Both the position numbers and the translations under genes were made by a program. A DNA stretch of 64,000 nucleotides from Bugula neritina (taxonomy: Eukaryota; Animalia; Bryozoa): contig OZ037773.1 in the NCBI GenBank assembly GCA_964035545.1, positions 6,663,751 through 6,727,750 of the forward strand, written 5' to 3'. The notes beneath the pieces were generated by a model. That model had not been told where the DNA came from, ran no database searches, and saw only the letters and a program-made list of their open reading frames with translations. This document shows, piece after piece, positions 47,231 through 60,100 of the stretch; positions within the stretch are counted from its first letter, which is position 1; the number at the start of each line of letters is the position of its first letter.

Positions 47231-50200
47231 TCATGCATCTCTCTGTGTTGTCAAATCAGAAGCCGATGATTGGTCGGAGCCATTTGTGTCGTCGGCTAAA
47301 ATGTCTACTTCCTGTTTCCTGTCTGGTTCCGACTGAGTTTTCTGAGGAGTTGTCACTTCATCATTGTATTGGTAACTAGAGTTTTTGGAGGATACTGAAA
47401 TACGAAACATACTACTTGGTTGAATCATAAGTAAAATGAAAATAAAATTGCATAGAAATCCTTTTACAAGAAAGGGCTACATACAAAATAAATAACCACC
47501 AAATTTGAAAGCATGAAAACGATAGTTTGTATGCATTGTCAGGTATGTATGTTCTAAGTTCAGTCAATAGTATTCAATGATTGGCACTTATTGAGACAAT
47601 AATGATAAACCTTAGGAGTAGATCTTTAAGAAAGATTTTTAAATACCAGAACAAAATCCCAAGATTAATCCTTGCGATATCAGCTACACAACTTTATTTT
47701 CAACTCAACAAGTCCAACATTATATTACACTCATATATAAGAGTGTTTTTCTTTTCATTATATTTTCACTAACCTACAGTTTAATAACTTAACTAGAATA
47801 TATGCCATTAGCAATTGATTCAAAGGAAGAAGTTTCCAGAACATCACTATCAGGTTCTAGCTTACATTCACAGTTTGAAATACTGACTAAACACTCCCAC
47901 TGTCAAATCAGACATGAATATGCAGGACGAACAGTTAAAAAAAAAGAAGATTTGTTAGTGAAACAATCAGATAGAGTTTAGCATTACATAAGCATATAAC
48001 CGTAAGGCCCAGGCTACATGGAGCGGAAGTTAAAATCTGCTGCAAAAGTTACCTGCATACATAGAAGGAGCTAGAGTGACCAATCACAGTTGTCAATGCT
48101 TTTACTGCCCAGGTTATAAATAGTCTCATTATGAAATCTCACGAGCTATTTTTAATGTGAGTGACGATTGAAAAGAAAATATAAAATTGAAGCGTGGATT
48201 CGTTAAGCAGGGTTTTTTGACTGCATGAAACACACAAAACAGTACCATCTTCCATTTCGCCCGTATAGAAATCTGCTCCATGTAGCCGCAACAATGCAAT
48301 CACAATTCAGAACAGGGTAGTTAAACTGATAGCTTACAGGTTGTTGAGCAAAAGTGAGCGGAGGGGGGAGGTGTAAGGATGCTGGCACACATGAGACTGC
48401 TGCTGTACGTGTTGGGAAAGCTGCCAAGTTGCTGCCGTGTATCAGTTTGCACTGGGGTTGTGTGGTAATGGTTAGTTGGTGGCAGCCAGAGCTGACTCGA
48501 ATTATCTGCAATCCAAACGGCTGAGTCACAACAATCTCACAGAGCTGAACAGAAAGGGAAGCCCAACAGGGGTGGAGGGTTAGGGGGGTAGGTTACAGGG
48601 GTGGATACAAAGTGAGCTGGAGATGGGGGCTTATTACAGTGAGGTTATAGTGTTGAAATAATTAAAGTAATTTATGCAAGCTTTAAGTAACATGCTAGGA
48701 TTGCACATCACAAAGTGCTAAGGAAATGCTAGTATTACACACAGTGCAATGCTAAGGAATGCTAGAGGTACACACAGGTTAGTGCTAAGCATATGCTAGG
48801 ATTACAAGGAGCAGCTGTGGTCTAGGGGTTAGAGCATTTGCCTAGTAAGCACGAGGTCATGGGTTCAATCCCCAGTAAAGCCCATTGGTGATGTTAGGAA
48901 GAGCTTCCAGTCATAATTGCTCCTGTGCCTCATCTAAATAAATCGTTGGCCCGACTTAATAAAACCCTTTCCTTCAGGGGTTTTCTCCATAGGGATGGTG
49001 ACTATAAACTTGTGTGAGTTCATATGCTAAGGTTACACACAGTATAATGCTAAGGATAACACAGAAGTTAGTAAGTTGGGAGAACCAGTCGTACCATGGT
49101 TAGGATAGAAATCCAAGTGTTTGGAAAGTGTAGCAGAATCGGGGTAGAGCGAGTCTAATCGAAGGTAATCAGGAACGCCCCTTTCCATAGCTGAAATAAA
49201 TTGTATAAAGAGCGAGCTATTATTACAGTGTACAGCAATAGTTTAGTAGTCCACCACACAGTATGCTATCATTGTTTTACCCGTACCTCATGCTAGAAAC
49301 AGTGCCGTGAGCCTTTAGCAATTTGGTGTAAAACAGAATTTTAAACCTTCAAAACTTTATATCATATGTAGAATTAATGCTAAAATATGGATGTTATACT
49401 ATCATTAAATCAGAATAAAATACACTGATTTGTATAATCTAGTTACAAGAAGGTATAGTGAAGAGCAGAGAGCTGTAAGAAAGCTATTAGAGGAGCTATA
49501 TGATGGTTATTGAGCAGTTCCTTGCACCATGCAACCAGCAACTAATGTACTCTCTCACTTACCCCACACTAATACTCCGATGTTATGGACGCTGTAACAT
49601 TCAACAAGTTACGTATTGTTCAATCCATTCACAAAAATCAGGGATATAAATATACAGAAACTGTGACTCATAGTATTCTGTGGTTTGTGGGGAACAATGT
49701 ATTATTACTGAGTGTTAGAAAACAAGACTGTTATAAGCTGAAACACAAGAGTAGGATATTATCATAGACCTGGAATCTACTATATACACCAAATATCCAC
49801 AGTATCTCTTTATACAGTATCTCTATCCACAATATACACAGTATACACAGTATACACAATATACACAGTATACACAGTATACACAATATACACAGTATAC
49901 ACAGTACACACAGTACACACAGTACACACAGTACACACAGTACACACAGTACACACAGTACACACAGTATACACAGTATACACAGTATCTAAGGTATAGT
50001 AGGGTTTATTGGCTGAACACAAGGTGAAGGAGAGAAACCCACCCCGACTTCCGTTCAGGGAGTTGGAGGCCCCCATGTACGACCTCTTAGGAGTTATGGT
50101 CCCCATGTCTATGACGTTGGTAAGAAACTTCTCAAAGTGAGCCAACGTGAGGGAGTTGTGTAGAGTTTCTAGTGGCATGATATCTGGTACGGCCATGCCA

Positions 50201-53200
50201 TACGCCTCCAGAGCTACAACAAACACGCGCTACGTCAGCAAGACTGGCAGCACTGTCCAATATGGCCGACATAGTCTTATATTGGTTAGTAATGCTTGGT
50301 TACTATTTCATCATGTGTCTGGAACCCTGGGACAAACCTCACCAGCTGTTCTCAACTACGCAGAGTGAAAACATGACCTTATCTCAGACTATAGTCATGT
50401 AAATTTAGCAGCTCAAACTTGTATGACTCACACTGTGGTTTCACTCATCACTAATACTGCTCAGGAGTTGCTACTTAGATATAAACCAGAATGGTAAGCA
50501 AGTAAACCACAACAGATAATTGACTACATGGTGAGAATACACGTGTCAGAGAACATGCTAGAATGTCCCGAGGGCCACTAGATGGAGTAGAATGTTAGAT
50601 GACAGTATATATAGCAAGTCCATACCTAATGTAGAAAGTTATAGAAGCTACCTGCATGCCAATCAGCTAACTTTACTAGTTCTGCTATCAAGAGCTAGCT
50701 AACATTACTATCCCAGACCAGGTTAATCATACTGCACTAAACCATGCACCTACCTGCACCTACCTACAGTCTACCTGCAGGCCCTATGGTACCCTTGTGC
50801 AGTAGCTATAGAACAGCTACCAATTCTACCTGACAGATTAGTTAGGCTATGAAACCAGGCCTTTAACCACCTACCTCTGTTTTCATTGACAACGTGCAAG
50901 TCGGGAGCACTGCGTGACCCTGTGATGACCTTGGTACTAATGAGAGCGTTTCCTGGAGTGGAAGTGTGCTGCATACTGCTAGAGATAGACTGGTACTTCT
51001 TACTTCCACCTACAACAGGGAGCAGTATATGTTCAAGGTGGAATTTATACAGGTGTAAAAGCAACAAACCACTTCTATTCTAAAACAATCAGCTAGAGAG
51101 CAATATTCACAAAACATGGAAAGAATATGTGACATAAGTTTGTACAAGCCTACATGTGTTATAAAGCTTTATAATATTGATGAAACAACTCCAATGATCA
51201 AATATATAGGTTATAATATTTGCAAATATTAAAAAGCTATCAGTAAAATAAATTGAATGCCAACCCTGTTAGGTAAACTTAAATTAGAGGTAAACAGAAC
51301 TTCATCAAACCAACTGCAGCAGACAGCCCATTCACATCACAAGACTATTCTAACAGACAACAAGATGCAATAAAACCCACACTAAAACATCACCAATAGA
51401 ACACACACTGTAGAGTGTACTGTCTCAGTTGGTCATACCTCTAGAGGTCAATGATACATTGCTATTGGCAATCACCATAGCTACAGAATTTGTTATGTCA
51501 CATGCAACAGCACTGGCAGCAGACCTCACTATCTTCTATAACAACACTGGAGCAAGATATTCATGACTAATCCAGGACATAGAAGCTCCACTTCTATTTC
51601 TATTCCGTTACAAACTCGGGTCACTCAACTAGGACAGTTGTGAGAGACATGCAGGTGAAGACAATTCCAACAACCAGGAGCATCAACAGAACCTGCCTTG
51701 TGAAGGTGACCCCGATGTTACAAGGTCACAAGCGTGACACACCGAGATGCTATCCAGACTCCTACGCTGTCTTGTGACAAAAATTGGCATCGAGTTGACA
51801 GTCGAAACATTATTTACTGAAACATTAATTCACACATGAACTTAAGTTGAAATAAGTGTCACACACACAACTAGTTTACCATGAAAAATAAACAGCAGCT
51901 TAAGCAAAACAAAAGCAGTAAAAATAAAATTTTCATCAAACAAAGGAAGAGTGTTATTTATATAAAAGGAATAACTAGCTGATTAGAAATTGTTAGTTTT
52001 ATAGCCTTAGACAATGTTATGACATTCATACAAAAACAAGCACCATAGAAACAAAGTGTGAGTGAGTAAGGAGTGAGTGAGTGAGTGAGTGACTGAGTGA
52101 GTGAGTGAGTAAGTGGGTGAGTGATTGGGTGAGTGAGTGAGTGAGTGAGTGGGTGAGTGAGTGAGTGATTGGGGCATGACAATCGAAAATGCCAGTGAGT
52201 GAAAAACGTATTATAAATAATGTGTAAAATTTGAACAGTGACTGAACAAAAATGAGTAGATAATGAAAACTAACACTGCAAGGCGGGTGGAAATTGAAGC
52301 CTATCAATCATGAATCAAGGACATCGGTTGTAAATAAGCTTTGGTTGCAAATACGAGTATTATCTACACGAGTCGCTGTAGCAATGTACAAGCAGCTGTC
52401 AGAACATATATAGATAAGATAATCAATAAAGTGCAGTGTGTAGCCAGATATAAGTAATGGGTAGCGGGGTGAGTGGGTGATGAGTAGATAAATGAGTGTG
52501 GCAGACCTTGCTGAGTTAATGGGCCAAGAAAAGAATATGCAGTTAAAAAGGTGTTTGTTAATAGAACATTCCAGAAGAAAGACAGATGCAAGCTCCTATC
52601 ATTAAAATTTTTCTAAAGCTTCAAAAGTAAGACAAATTAAAATATACGCCCTTTAGTCTACCACTGCTGTGAGTAAAATTCTATAATTTGTTAGTTGACT
52701 AATTACAAAAATAAAACAACATCAAGCTGTAGGCAAACATTAACAATAAACTGCGTAAGACTACATGATATTTAGAAAGGGCACAAAGAAGACCAGGACT
52801 ACGAATGTTGCATATTAGGTGCAAGCTAAGGACAAATTAGCAAAGAGTTTTGTGATCAACTTACAACTTTGACTGAATCTGTTGCCCAAAGTCACGCCTT
52901 CAGAAATAATAAAGTCACAAGACAGTAAATAAAATCACAGGAAGTCACATATGCTAGAAGAGATTCGTAGTAGAGCGTAACCTACCAGGTGTCCGAGATG
53001 TCTGAATAGAGACCGGGGTAGAGGGGGCGTGGGAAGTTGGCGTGCTGCCAGACGAATTCTCATCCAACTCTTCAATCACAGGCTACAGACAGAATACAGA
53101 CTGGAGAGTTAGATGTCTAGTTGGTTGCTTATTATAACAACTAAATCAATCTGAATTCTCAGTAAACTAGTTGTAATTTTGTTTACAAATTTACACAAAG

Positions 53201-54107
53201 ATATAAATAAAAAAGTTGTTGAAGATAATGGAACACATAGCTAACAAATGGAACTCAAATGTTGGTCTGCTGAGTCATCGATCATGATTAGACAAACTCG
53301 ACAACAAACACACTCAGGTACTAAAAACTTGTTGAGCTGATTTCTTAAAAATTTCTATGTAACCATTTTATTATTTTATGTGTTGCATAACTGACCTAAA
53401 GAAACTTGCAGTATTATTCAATACAGTAAGATTTATATTTCAGTTGAAATATTTTTGGAAAATTGATATGAAAAAGAACTTTGGAATTGAGCCTGAAAAA
53501 AACTTAACCATCAGCAATTATTGTAAAAATCTTTTTACAGCTACATAAAGCATATGGAGTTACCATTAATTTATTTTCAAGAACTCTATTATTAGTGATA
53601 ATGATCTATGAAAATTAAAAATAACCAATGTATTGGTGACTTTGTAATTATAAGATGTGAATCACCCTCACAAGAGTACTAAGCTGTAAGTAGCAAACAC
53701 AAAATTGACCACAAAATGCCGACATACTGTGAAATTGATTTGCTGGGCATTGTCCGACGAATGGCTGCGATTCAGTGGCTCTACAGGTCCCAGCACGCTG
53801 GAATCCTCCTAAAACAGAAAGTAGAGAGAGCGTTGGTGCTGCCGAAGTACTCTGGCATTGCAATGAGCTCTAATGTTTAAAAGATCAAATTTGGGGCTCA
53901 ACTGAAATAGAATTCAAGGAAAGCTACAATTATTTCCAGTAAAACATCCGGGAGATATAAAATAGTGGCACTGAAGAATAACAAAATATTTTAATTCGAT
54001 AGAAAATGTCATCGATGTTTACAATGACCTCTAGTTCTCACAACAGCATCTCAAGGCTGGAAGTTTTAATATACAACAAAAGTAACTCCTTTTATTTTAT
54101 ATATCTT

Positions 54108-54195
<88 letters not shown>

Positions 54196-57100
54196 TTATA
54201 TATTCCTTATATATATTTTTATATTCCTTATATTTATATATTTTAAATTCCTTATATTTAAATATTTTATATTCTCTATATTTCATAACTCAACAGTTTC
54301 ATCTTAAGATGAATGCAGAATTTTGAAACAGAAAGAATATAGCAGAACAAAACATGTACCTCAGTGTCAGTGTCCTGCTCCATCGTATCTGAGACTTTAA
54401 CTGGGGCGCAGTGACTCCGCCCCTTATTCGGACGGTAACCCCGCCCATGACTCACAGGCTGCTTCTGGCTAGAGTTGGCAAACGGCACGGAAACCTCGTA
54501 GGCACCAGGACTGAAGTGAATCTCAATGTGGAACCTCTCATCAGAGTTCTTCTCCTAAAATCAACGTAACGAGAGTTTTGTATGACAACTTGTAGATTTA
54601 ACAATTCATTCAATCAGAAAATCTACAAAGTGCATTACAGAAATCAACTTATAATACACACCTAACCTTGATTATTGGCAACATATCACAATTATGAATT
54701 TTTTTATAAAAAACTAAAACTAGTTATATAAACTATATACCTAAAAATAATTAACTCAAAAGAACTTTTATATAGCCTAACAAGAGTATAACACTAAGTA
54801 GTTTTTACTATTTTTTAGAAAAAAAAAAAAAAAAAAATCATTTTTTTAAAATTTGAAAAAATTCAACCAATAAACCTGAACTAAAACTGGTCACCATGTA
54901 AATCTGAGGGAATCAGCTAGAAATTATTTATTAGAAGTTACTTTCAGATTTGACATTCAACCTGACATACACTGCGTTTACCTTGGTCGGGTCTTCGTAC
55001 ATCATAATAACTATTTGTGTGATGTAGTTCAGCTCGGAGACGCCTGAAATAGAGAATATAACTCCCAGAGGTGAATAAAAAAGGTGAAAGTGGCGTCATA
55101 TAGATTGATAGACGAGAACTATTGATCTATTATATTTCTCTGGTTTTCTATTAGAGATGGAAGTTGTCTGCTCTATACAAATGTAACCTACGAGATATGT
55201 AATGAAACAAGAAAGTAACAGCTAAAAATATTTCATAAAATATGTAGTTAATGGAGCGTAACTCATCTGAAATGGATGGGTTTTTGACTCATTTTAAAAT
55301 CCAAACTGGGCTTCCAACTAACCTGAAATATATTCCTAGCCTCGAGTTAAACCCTTCTAAATTATACTTCTAGCCTCGAGTTAAACTTACCTGAAATATA
55401 TTCCTGGGCCCGAGTCCACTGTTCATCGCACTCGTCAACCAAACCTCCATGATTAATCAGCGACAGCAACGAGTGAATATGACTTTCGCTGGTGAAGTAT
55501 AAACGAGTTCTCACATGACGATCAGGAGAAGTAACTCCCATAGAAAACCTAAAAAACACAAAGCAAGAATGAATACATAAGAAAAAAATTTGACGAATCA
55601 GATCAGCTGGATGAAAAAAGCCGACCAATCATTTTGATTGAAAGAACATGCTCAGTAAGCTAACATCTCAACTTCTGGTGACAGAAGAAAGGAGACTACA
55701 TACAAAAAGAGAGAGTTTGGTGGCAATTAGGTGTTATCAGGTTTAGATTTTCTTACAAGCAAATGGTTGGATTACGATTAAACGAAGGTACTTGCTGTGG
55801 TTTAATGGTAAAACTTTTTGGAGGATGTGCATAATACAACTATGGTTAGCTAGAAGTTAGCACAGTTTCTCTAAGAGGTTAAATACTAGTTTGAAAGACT
55901 GTAGAGTAATCTGGTTTAAACAGGTGCAGAAGCAGGTTCTCTGAGCATAGCAAAGCTTGGATCACCTTGTTGGTAAAAGTTGGTAGAACACCTTGACAGT
56001 TTAGCGTTAGGTTATTCCAGAACGTTCTAAAGCCTTATCACAGCACGGTTGCGCAGAAAAACATGCTAGGATCGTAGAGGTTTTATATAAAGTGATATCG
56101 ACCTGAAGTCTAAACCTATCCCATCTCAAGCGACTAAAGATGTAGCACTATTTAGCTATTGTTTAAAACTTTGAAAGCAAAAGATGCCAAAAAGACTGAT
56201 ACCATAGATAGGTCACAGTCAGGTGCTTAAGAAGTTTAAAGAGCTCTTCTAGGCGTTTCTGTGTACAAATTCAATGTAACAACTATTAAATGCAGATTTA
56301 TAAGTTATCTTAGCTTTCACAATATTTAAGCTATCAACATGCAATTTCTAACTTTGCAGAGTTTCCTATATCTTTGAATTTTTATGTATGAATGTGCTGG
56401 ACGAGGGGAAATAGTTTGCCCATCCCCGTTACAGGGCTTGCACTGCTATGGTACCAGGCTATACATCCCAGAGTCTATACTCAGTGTACACATATCTTCA
56501 TGACACAAAATCGTGTTGAAGTGTTGGTTAAATAAATGAACAGTGGTTTAAAATTGGTCAAACAGTAGCGCCAAAACTAGCCCTGAAATGATAGAAGAAA
56601 CTAAATTAAACCTTATCCTAATATTGGATTTTATAATCCAGATATTAAAAAAAGTAACACATCCGGTGGAACTATCGGCACAATTAAAAGGGAAAGAACA
56701 ATGTAAGTTGACATAAAAGCCACCCAACCCTCTGGCAACGGAAATAAAGAAATTAGTAGTAGAGAAAAGAGATGTTAGAGCATGCCCGGGCAACAGTAAC
56801 CCCTGAGCCTGCGTAAATCTTGCATTTACCAATCAATTCCAGTCCAGTATCTAACAACAATTAAACACGTACCAGTTGATCAACTGTGTTAGATGAGTGG
56901 TAGGGGGCACAAACCAGCAAGAATAGCAACAAATTTGTGAAAGTGGTCATTACTAAAGTGAATATAAAAACAGTCATGGTAGAAATTTTAGGAATCATAA
57001 ACTAGGTGCAAGAAAGGATGTGAATATAGTTTTGATTCGTTGACAAGATTAAAAATACTATGCTATCAACTCATTTAAAAGATATTAACATATTTTGAGT

Positions 57101-60100
57101 TTAGAAACGTGTAGCTATAATGTGATAAAACAGGTGCTGTTTGTACTGAACACAAAACAAGATAACAGACCAGCTCTAAGAAAAATTTACAACATGCCAT
57201 TCGGTAACAGAAGTGAAAATCATACATCTTACGACATTTGACATAGAAATGAGTGTCAGAAACGAAAAGTTGAGCTATTATACTGTAACAGTAGGAAAAG
57301 GTGACAACATAATGTATTGCTTTAACCTGATAGACAACAAAAAACATGCAACCCTATAGCATAGTCATATCTCCATAACAAATAACGAGATGTTTTTATA
57401 GCAATTATGGACCAAGAAAAAGACAGTCAACTAAAATAATACAATTAAATAATATACCGTGAAGATGATTAATACAGTATGTAAGGTGTGCTCTACCATA
57501 ACAAGTATTGTAACAAGTAATTTGCTTAGTATTGTAACAAGTAACTCACTTTGTATCATAACAAGTAAATTACTTAGTATTATAACAATTTACTCACTTA
57601 ATATTGTGACAACTTACTTAGTATAATGAGTCACTTAGTATAATCACAATTCCTTGGTAAAACAAGGAATTTGTTATAGCTAGACCAAGCACTCTTTAGC
57701 ACAGTGAAAACTTAATAACTATATTGAATCCTCTCCCATGAGCAATGTTTCCTCTTCAAGAAGACACTACTAAGCACAGACCTATTCCGTACCAGTTAAT
57801 GAACACTTGAATAAAAACTGTCAATCTAGTATAGTGTGACTCCAACATATAATAAGGTTAATTGACAGGGTTAACTTTCTACCCGTTCTAGAGGAAGGTA
57901 GAGAGTTCAACACACTAACATAACAGAGCAGAAGAGGTCAGTTTAGGTTATGTGCTCACAAACCAGAAGGGAAACAGAAATGAATAAGATATCTAATAAC
58001 CAAAGGAAGTAGGGCTATTTTATGAAGTTTATAAATACTTCTTGTTAAAAAATAAATCAAATCACTGAAATTAAAGACTTTTCAGACAGATGAAGTAAAT
58101 TTAAACTAAATATTTAACTCTTCTTTAAAAGACACAGGGAAAACAAGGCTTCGCTTAAAAAGGGAATAATGATAAGCCCTCGTGGTACAGGGGGTTGTCT
58201 TCCACAGCCAGAAATGCTCTGGAAAATTCTAAGTGCTACTCAGACAATACATTGTTCACTAAGTGATGAGTAAAATCTAATAGACATAAATCATCAACCA
58301 CTACTGAATATCCTCGTTATTCAAAAGGGTTTAAATAAAACGCTCTTTAGTTCGTAATGAGCGCACTCGCACCTAGAATCTAGCCTGGTGTACTCCTCTG
58401 ATTCATGGGCGTTGGTGAGCAAGTCCGCCTTGATCTTCCTGAGAAGAGGCTTGGCTATGTTAGCACCAATCTTCACTTTTTCAGACTTATGTAGACCATA
58501 TTCCTACAACATGGCGGATAGTTGCATGGCTGAAGTAGTACTTGGTAGCTTGTTAAATATGACCATACAGCTGGTGGCTGGTTGAAAATAATTTAATAAA
58601 ATTTCAACACACCTTTTAGTAGGCAGCATTTAAAAACTAGATTTCAGGTGGTAAAAGCCTGAACTAGACAAAATATTTTCTAGTCTCTAAAGTTGCTTTC
58701 AATCTCTTCACTGTGTAAATGATTACTTTTAAAATTTCTCCCACAATTTTCGAAAGTTTTATTTCGAAATAAAACAAACATGGAACTATCAATTACATTA
58801 TTTTAGATAAAAACTTTCATCATGCTTATATAGCATCATTCCAAATGTGTTATTTCAATGCCAGCTTTACCTGCGGTACAAATCACTAACTTTACTTGTG
58901 GTATTTCAACGTCAGCTCTACTTTTAGTATGACTTTACTTGTGGTATAACAATACTAACTCTATTTGTGGTACAACAATACTAACTCTACTTGTAATATA
59001 ACAGCATCATTCTTACCTGTGGTATTACAATATCAGCCAGAGCCTTCGACAGCGTGTACAATCTCTCGGCTACATCTAGGTCGAGTACGCTGCTGTTATG
59101 GAGAAGGTCATACTTGATGTTGTCGAATATGTCCGGGATCTTGCTGACTTGATACTCACCTGCAATAAACAACAACTGACAGCAAAACCTCTCTTCTTAG
59201 GTGGTTGTTGGGGTTATAGTATAGTTCAGTGTAATTAGTATTGGATACACTCAGTTCAATGAACTAGTGGCTATACTAAGATAAGAACCATCATTATTCT
59301 TACAGAGTCATTTAGCTCAGTTGTTATCACAGTTTCCATAACTACAGAATGACATACCACACTTGTGTTTAAAATCCTTCTCCAGCTTCCACCATCTACG
59401 AACCATGAGTTCAAAACTTTCACCGTTGTACAGATATTTCTCTGTAGCGAAATGTAGAATGTATTATTTGTCGTTAGTAACATTGAGCAAAGCATGAGCA
59501 TGAAATAATGATAGAATGATAAAAATTACAAGGAAAGTTTACATAAGTCAGGTAAATTTCCATTCCAGCTCTGTAAAATAATTAGTTCAAACCACGATTG
59601 CACTCAAAACAAATGGTATTGCTTAACTTGAATTTATTACACAGAATCCATAAACATCATTTTTTTTGCAAGAATTTAACAAAATATAAATTTCATACAA
59701 CAATGTTTGGATTTGGCATGTCAATAAAGCACTAAGTAAGAAAGATGGTTGAGAGTCAAGCAGTGCAGTACAGACAAGGGGGGGGGGGAGATAAGCTCTG
59801 CAAGCAACCGTTGCAGAAACAATTCAAGGATATCAGAACTAAAACTTGACTCAAATAAACATACGAGATTTGTTCAGCTCATTCGATAGTTTCTTCAGTT
59901 TAGTCAATAGATTCCCAGCACAGCTGTGGATCTCTTCCAACACAGTGTAGGGGTTCTTTATGATGGAGTAGGCTTTGTTGATTGCTATGCTATTGCAAGG
60001 GTTTATCTACAGAATATGTTTAAAGTTAACCTGCAGAAACATTTTCACAGCACAATAGGCTCTGTAATGAAAAAGGACAGAGCGGAGATAGGTGAGGAAT

